From NCBI GenBank assembly GCA_963836235.1, contig CAWIIP010000004.1, positions 416,001-480,000 on the forward strand: 64,000 nucleotides of DNA, in the 5' to 3' direction. The notes beneath the pieces are model-generated. The model did not search any database and was not told where the DNA came from. It saw nothing but the letters and a program-made list of their open reading frames with translations. This document shows, piece after piece, positions 59,445 to 64,000 of this stretch (position 1 is its first letter; the number at the start of each line of letters is the position of its first letter). The DNA comes from an uncultured Pseudomonadota bacterium. Its GTDB lineage: Bacteria > Oederibacteriota > Muellerivitia > Muellerivitales > Muellerivitaceae. Both the position numbers and the translations under genes were made by a program.

Positions 59445-61169
59445 ATGGCCTCGAATTCCCCTAACCCACAACCATCCCGAAGTCCCCGGGAAAACAAAAC
59501 GATAGAAAATTCCGGGGAAATTAATTTCAGGGAAATATTCCGTGTCTTGACTCACCACCAAAAACTCATCCTTGGGTGCACCCTATTTTGTTTTTTAGCT
59601 GGGGTGCTCTACGCTTTTTTATTCCCAAAAACCTATGAGGCCTTTACCACAGTCAAGGTGCCACAGTCCACTGAAGCCACCCAAAACGCCCTCCGTGAAA
59701 TGGCCGCCTTGTCACCCATGGGCGATGATTTAGAGACCTATCTACAATTGGCTCAGTCCAAGATCGTCGCGCAATATACCGTTGAAACCCTCGGCTTGAG
59801 ATCAAATCCCGAGTTTAAGGATGTGAATGACCAGGGTTTGATCTATATGCTTATGGGTGAGGTGCGTGTTTTCGACAACAAAGAATCCAATATCCTTACT
59901 ATTACGGCCGATACTCATGACCCCCAATCGGCTATGGATTTGGCCAATGCCTGGGCCCAAAATTTCATCCGGGTGAATTTGGAACTAAGCCGAAAAAGCG
60001 CCCAGACTAAGTACCAATTCATCGACGACCAACTCCAGGACATGAAGTCCAAATTGGAGGGGGATAAGGGCAATAAACAAAACTACCTGGACCCTTCCAA
60101 TGAGGCCGAATCGGACCAGCTGGTTTATAAGATGCTGCTTCAACAGGATCAAGCCGCGAAAATCGAAGCCAAGGGAGAGGATCCCGGCATCGTCGTGGTG
60201 GACCAAGCCACCCTTCCAGAAATGGCAATTAAACCCAGGAAGAAATTGGGATTGGTTTTAGGGCTGATCATTGGCCTGCTCCTGGGCGTTCAATCCGCAT
60301 TCCTGTTGGAAAAAATCCAAGACCGGGTCAAGTCCGAGGAGGACATCCAAAACGAAACGGGCTTGGTGCCTTTGGCACTTATTCCGAATTTTCGGATTAA
60401 AGAAGGAAAAACCCTTTTTTCGCCGGCCGAGAGGTTTTCGCCCAAGCATTTGATTGAAAACCGTGAATTCGACCATTCACCCTATCAGGAAAGCTTCAAC
60501 ATTTTTCGGACGAATTTGACTTTTTCCCAGGTCGATAAAAAACTTCAAGCGATTAGCGTTTTTTCGGCTAATCCAGAGGAAGGGAAGACCCTGGTCAATT
60601 CGGACTTGGCCTTGAGCCTTTCTCATACGGGTAAAAAAGTCCTCTTGATTGACGCGGACCTTCGGAAATCGTCTATCGGTATGATTTTCGGTATCAAGGT
60701 TCCATCAAATACGGGTTTGCCGATGTTGTTGGCGGGCAAAGGAAAAATCGCTGAAATGGCGGTGAAAAGCGAGTTTGAGAATCTTTGGCTGCTTCCTAAC
60801 AATGTCATTCCCCCTAACCCCTCCGAACTTTTGGGATCTGAAGCCATGAAGCATTTGATTCAGGAATTGAAAAAGCAATATGATTATATTATCATCGACG
60901 GCGCCCCCATTTTGCCCGTGACCGATTCGGTGGTGCTCTCCACGGCTCTGGATGGGATGGTCCTGATGGCCCGCTATAACCAAACCCGCCGAACTGAAGT
61001 CAATCGCGCTTTGCGGCTTCTGAGGGCCGTCAACGCGCCGCTTTTAGGAACGATATTAAATTGCGTGGATATGAAAAGCAGTCAATATGGATACTATGGA
61101 TATGGCTATGGATACGGAAGCGGTCCGACCAAAGGTGCTGACGACCCAACCGACACGAAGTTGGGTTGA
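59445..61169 (+). CDS. wzc: Polysaccharide co-polymerase / BY-kinase (Wzc family), copy 2
   Basis: SANPEEGKT, IDADLRK, PPNPSELL, IIDGAP, Tyr cluster YGYYGYGYGY. Confidence 0.93.
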   Translation: MASNSPNPQPSRSPRENKTIENSGEINFREIFRVLTHHQKLILGCTLFCFLAGVLYAFLFPKTYEAFTTVKVPQSTEATQNALREMAALSPMGDDLETYLQLAQSKIVAQYTVETLGLRSNPEFKDVNDQGLIYMLMGEVRVFDNKESNILTITADTHDPQSAMDLANAWAQNFIRVNLELSRKSAQTKYQFIDDQLQDMKSKLEGDKGNKQNYLDPSNEAESDQLVYKMLLQQDQAAKIEAKGEDPGIVVVDQATLPEMAIKPRKKLGLVLGLIIGLLLGVQSAFLLEKIQDRVKSEEDIQNETGLVPLALIPNFRIKEGKTLFSPAERFSPKHLIENREFDHSPYQESFNIFRTNLTFSQVDKKLQAISVFSANPEEGKTLVNSDLALSLSHTGKKVLLIDADLRKSSIGMIFGIKVPSNTGLPMLLAGKGKIAEMAVKSEFENLWLLPNNVIPPNPSELLGSEAMKHLIQELKKQYDYIIIDGAPILPVTDSVVLSTALDGMVLMARYNQTRRTEVNRALRLLRAVNAPLLGTILNCVDMKSSQYGYYGYGYGYGSGPTKGADDPTDTKLG

Positions 61170-61183
61170 ACCGGAGGTAAGGA

Positions 61184-62803
61184 ATGGATAGTTTGAAATT
61201 ATCATTGCCTTTCCTATCGGCTTTGGTGGCGGGTTTTATCTTGACCCCGTTTTTCGCGAAGGCCGCGAAGAAATTCGGACTGATGGACAATCCGGGGCAC
61301 CGTAAGACCCACGCGAAACCCGTGGCTTACCTCGGCGGGGTGGCTGTTTTCGCGGCTTTGTCCTTCACTCTCGGACTCTTTTGGCTCTTCAGGGTTCACT
61401 CCTTTTACCTCTCCCCCGAAAATGAAAAAATCTTTTTAATCTTTTCCGCCAGCTTCGGAGTTTTCTTGGTGGGGCTTTGGGACGACGTCCTCCATATCCG
61501 GCCCCGAGACAAAGTCATCGGTCAATTGGTATTTGCCAGCCTTTTCGTCACATTTGGTTACAGATTCGAAACCCTCCAAGTTCCCGGGTTCCACCCGGTG
61601 GATCTAGGTATGGTTTCGATACCCTTTACGGTTTTTTGGATTCTATCCGTCATCAATGCTTTCAACATGATTGACGGTTTAGACGGCTTGGCGAGCACCG
61701 TCACGGCGGGCAGCCTTTTCCTACTCGGCGCGTCTTCGGCCATGATTGGAAATAGTGGAATCCTGATTTTGAGTTTGGCCGCGATGGGTTCGGTTCTGGG
61801 CTTTCTGCGATATAACTGGTCTCCGGCTAGTATTTATTTGGGGGACGCCGGCTCCAACGGCCTGGGCATGCTGTTAGCGGCTTCCCTGGTGGCGCTCGGC
61901 CAAAACAACTGTTGGTTTCCGGGGTCTTCTATTCCAGTCAAAGGGTTTGGGCAGCCTTTCCCTTATCAGGTTTTCGTTGTTACCCTTCTCGTCTCCTACC
62001 CCGCTTTGGAAATTCTACTTTCTGTTTTCCGGCGTCTTTTAAAGGGAAGGCCCATTTCCCGGGGAGACAAGGGACATATTCACCACCGTCTCCTCAATTT
62101 AGGCTGGGCCAAGCAGGGAGCTTGTTTGGCCGCCTTGGGCGTCACCTTCCTGATGGGTAGCGTGCCGGTGGCCCTATTGGCCCACCAATATGGAAAGGCG
62201 ACCTGGCTCTTGGCGGTTTCCAGCCTCTTCTTGGGGTTGGTTCTCTCCTTCCTTGGATTTTTAAATTTCTTGCTTCCCCACGTTGTGGCCCGCAATCGCC
62301 CCCATTTCCTGATCGCCAATAGCTTCATCGCGATGCAAAGAGGCAAGTTGGGTCTGGCGGGAAACCGGGAGGAAGTCCTGGCCCTTCTTAGCCAGACCTG
62401 CGCGGAGTTCGGGGTCCAGGGATTCAAAATCAACGTCAATTCCAACGGCCACGGCAACAGCCCCTGTCGTTACTCTTGGGAAAGGTCCCACGAGATGTCC
62501 CGGGAATATTTAAACTATCTTAAAACGGATATCGTGAAGGGGAATTTTGAGCATTTTAAGGAACAGCTGAGCTTGGAAGGGGGCAATTGCGACGCTTTTT
62601 GGATTTTCGAGCCCCACACCGAGGAAAGGGACCTTGATGTCGAATACCGGGTTCTAGTCAGCGAGTTTATGAAGGAAGCTATGGACCGTCTTTATGTTCT
62701 GAAAGGCAATAAAAGCGACAATCCCGTTGTCCAACTGAACGGACTTGCCCATGGTAAAGTCAGGTCGAGTCTTTTGAGCCGAAGGCACGCTAGGAAAAAT
62801 TGA
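61184..62803 (+). CDS. WecA/TagO-like phosphoglycosyltransferase with C-terminal extension, copy 2
   Basis: DNPGHRKTH, GLWDD, NAFNMIDGLDGL, YNWSPASIYLGDAGS, DKGHIHHRL. Same C-terminal extension as 36983-38608. Confidence 0.88.
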   Translation: MDSLKLSLPFLSALVAGFILTPFFAKAAKKFGLMDNPGHRKTHAKPVAYLGGVAVFAALSFTLGLFWLFRVHSFYLSPENEKIFLIFSASFGVFLVGLWDDVLHIRPRDKVIGQLVFASLFVTFGYRFETLQVPGFHPVDLGMVSIPFTVFWILSVINAFNMIDGLDGLASTVTAGSLFLLGASSAMIGNSGILILSLAAMGSVLGFLRYNWSPASIYLGDAGSNGLGMLLAASLVALGQNNCWFPGSSIPVKGFGQPFPYQVFVVTLLVSYPALEILLSVFRRLLKGRPISRGDKGHIHHRLLNLGWAKQGACLAALGVTFLMGSVPVALLAHQYGKATWLLAVSSLFLGLVLSFLGFLNFLLPHVVARNRPHFLIANSFIAMQRGKLGLAGNREEVLALLSQTCAEFGVQGFKINVNSNGHGNSPCRYSWERSHEMSREYLNYLKTDIVKGNFEHFKEQLSLEGGNCDAFWIFEPHTEERDLDVEYRVLVSEFMKEAMDRLYVLKGNKSDNPVVQLNGLAHGKVRSSLLSRRHARKN

Positions 62804-63174
62804 GGTTTTAAACCTTTGGATTCGCTCTTTACTCCGAATTTCCCTGAAATGAACTATGGAAATTAATTAAGTGTAACTGTCGTTGGATTATCCCTTTCCA
62901 CTTCACGGCTAACCTTTTTTCACTTTTTCAGCGATTTCATTTTATACTTCGAAAGGGTTCGGCGATTTAAGGTTTTAGCCGCTTTGTGAAAAAGTGAAGA
63001 CTGAAACAAATCTCGCGGGGATTATAAAACCCCTGAGTTGGATTGGCGGAACTTTTCGAAAGCCCGATGGATGACCAGACCATCAGATGCCATAAAACTC
63101 TGCCGCTGTTGGAAAAATATTTTGTTTGAAATCTATTCGAGTGAAAAAAACGTCCGAGAACGAGAAACGAATAT

Positions 63175-63867
63175 ATGCCTAATCGGTTTAAATCCAATGA
63201 TTCCCCCGTGAAAGCGATAAACGAAACGCAAGCATTGGAATATTTCAGCCAAACCAGGCCTGAAATGTTGCCCTTTGTGCCAAGTGACGCGAAGAAAATA
63301 ATCGATATTGGGTGCAGCGAAGGCAAGTTTGGGAGAACGGTCAGGGAAAGAAATAAAGCTGTTGTTTGGGGCGTGGAAATGAATCCCAGGGCCGCGATGG
63401 AGGCTCGAAAAAATCTTAGCAAGGTGTTTGTGGGGGATATTCAAATCGCCTTAAAAAAAATTCCGAAAGCTAATTTTGATTGCGCTATTTTTAACGATGT
63501 CCTGGAACATCTGCCTTACCCTGAAAAGGTATTGGAACAAATAAAGGACAAGTTAATCCCGGGCGGTTGGATCGTCTGCTCCATTCCCAACATATTGCAT
63601 GTTTCGATTCTCAAGGGAATGCTCATTGATAGGGATTGGAAATATGCCCCATCCGGAATTCTTGACCGAACTCATCTGAGGTTTTTTACCCATAAATCAC
63701 TTCGAAGAATGTTCGGCAATTTGGGATATTCGATCGAACAAATAAAGGGCATTAATCCGAGCCGTTCAAAGAAGTTCGTTCTTTTCAATCTCTTAACACT
63801 TGGGCTTTTTCAAGAAACGCAATACCAGCAATATGCCTGTGTCGTTAGAACCCCGCTCTTGAAATAG
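63175..63867 (+). CDS. Class I SAM-dependent methyltransferase
   Basis: IDIGCSEG, FNDVLEHL, SIPN, GILDRTHLRFFT. Confidence 0.88.
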   Translation: MPNRFKSNDSPVKAINETQALEYFSQTRPEMLPFVPSDAKKIIDIGCSEGKFGRTVRERNKAVVWGVEMNPRAAMEARKNLSKVFVGDIQIALKKIPKANFDCAIFNDVLEHLPYPEKVLEQIKDKLIPGGWIVCSIPNILHVSILKGMLIDRDWKYAPSGILDRTHLRFFTHKSLRRMFGNLGYSIEQIKGINPSRSKKFVLFNLLTLGLFQETQYQQYACVVRTPLLK

Positions 63868-64000
63868 CGCGAAGATTGAAGGTCTGCTCCGAGTCTTTCG
63901 GCAAAAAGGCTTTAATATCGCAATTGGAATGGTTAAATCGAAAATTCATGAAAAATAAATTCAATGCCAACTTGGAAAGCACTTTGAACGAAAACAACTT

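Noticed and set aside
63948-64000. Open frame starting at ATG 63948 at the window end
   Set aside because: Only 17 codons are visible, too few to support a call.

Overview
Bacterial chromosomal window from a probably diderm organism (several outer-membrane beta-barrels and OPX/Wza proteins). The Thr-rich secreted proteins with a FlgD-Ig/T9SS-like C-terminal domain suggest a poorly studied lineage; the taxon cannot be determined from the sequence alone. 1-26 kb is mostly housekeeping: a partial EAL gene with a sigma54 promoter, a MacAB/LolCDE-type ABC exporter, a PyrR-attenuated pyrR-pyrB-pyrC-carA-carB operon, an S53 protease, a CobO/BtuR adenosyltransferase, a diheme cytochrome c, a cold-shock gene, a CBM-GH enzyme and queE-queC. 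Two small membrane Zn-ribbon genes and a relic copy of the carA 3' end sit between carA and carB. 26-64 kb is a large cell-surface region. A giant propeller/Kelch/Thr-rich protein is followed by two paralogous export modules ([two OM barrels]-wza-wzc-wecA-like). Between them lies an AT-rich Wzx/Wzy-type cluster for a probably fucosylated, sulfated, acetylated and methylated polysaccharide (gmd, fcl, GT11, GT2-sulfotransferase fusion). Five toxin-antitoxin cassettes are interleaved in this region. I recognised no rRNA, tRNA, CRISPR array or transposase. All family calls come from motif recognition by eye, not from database searches.
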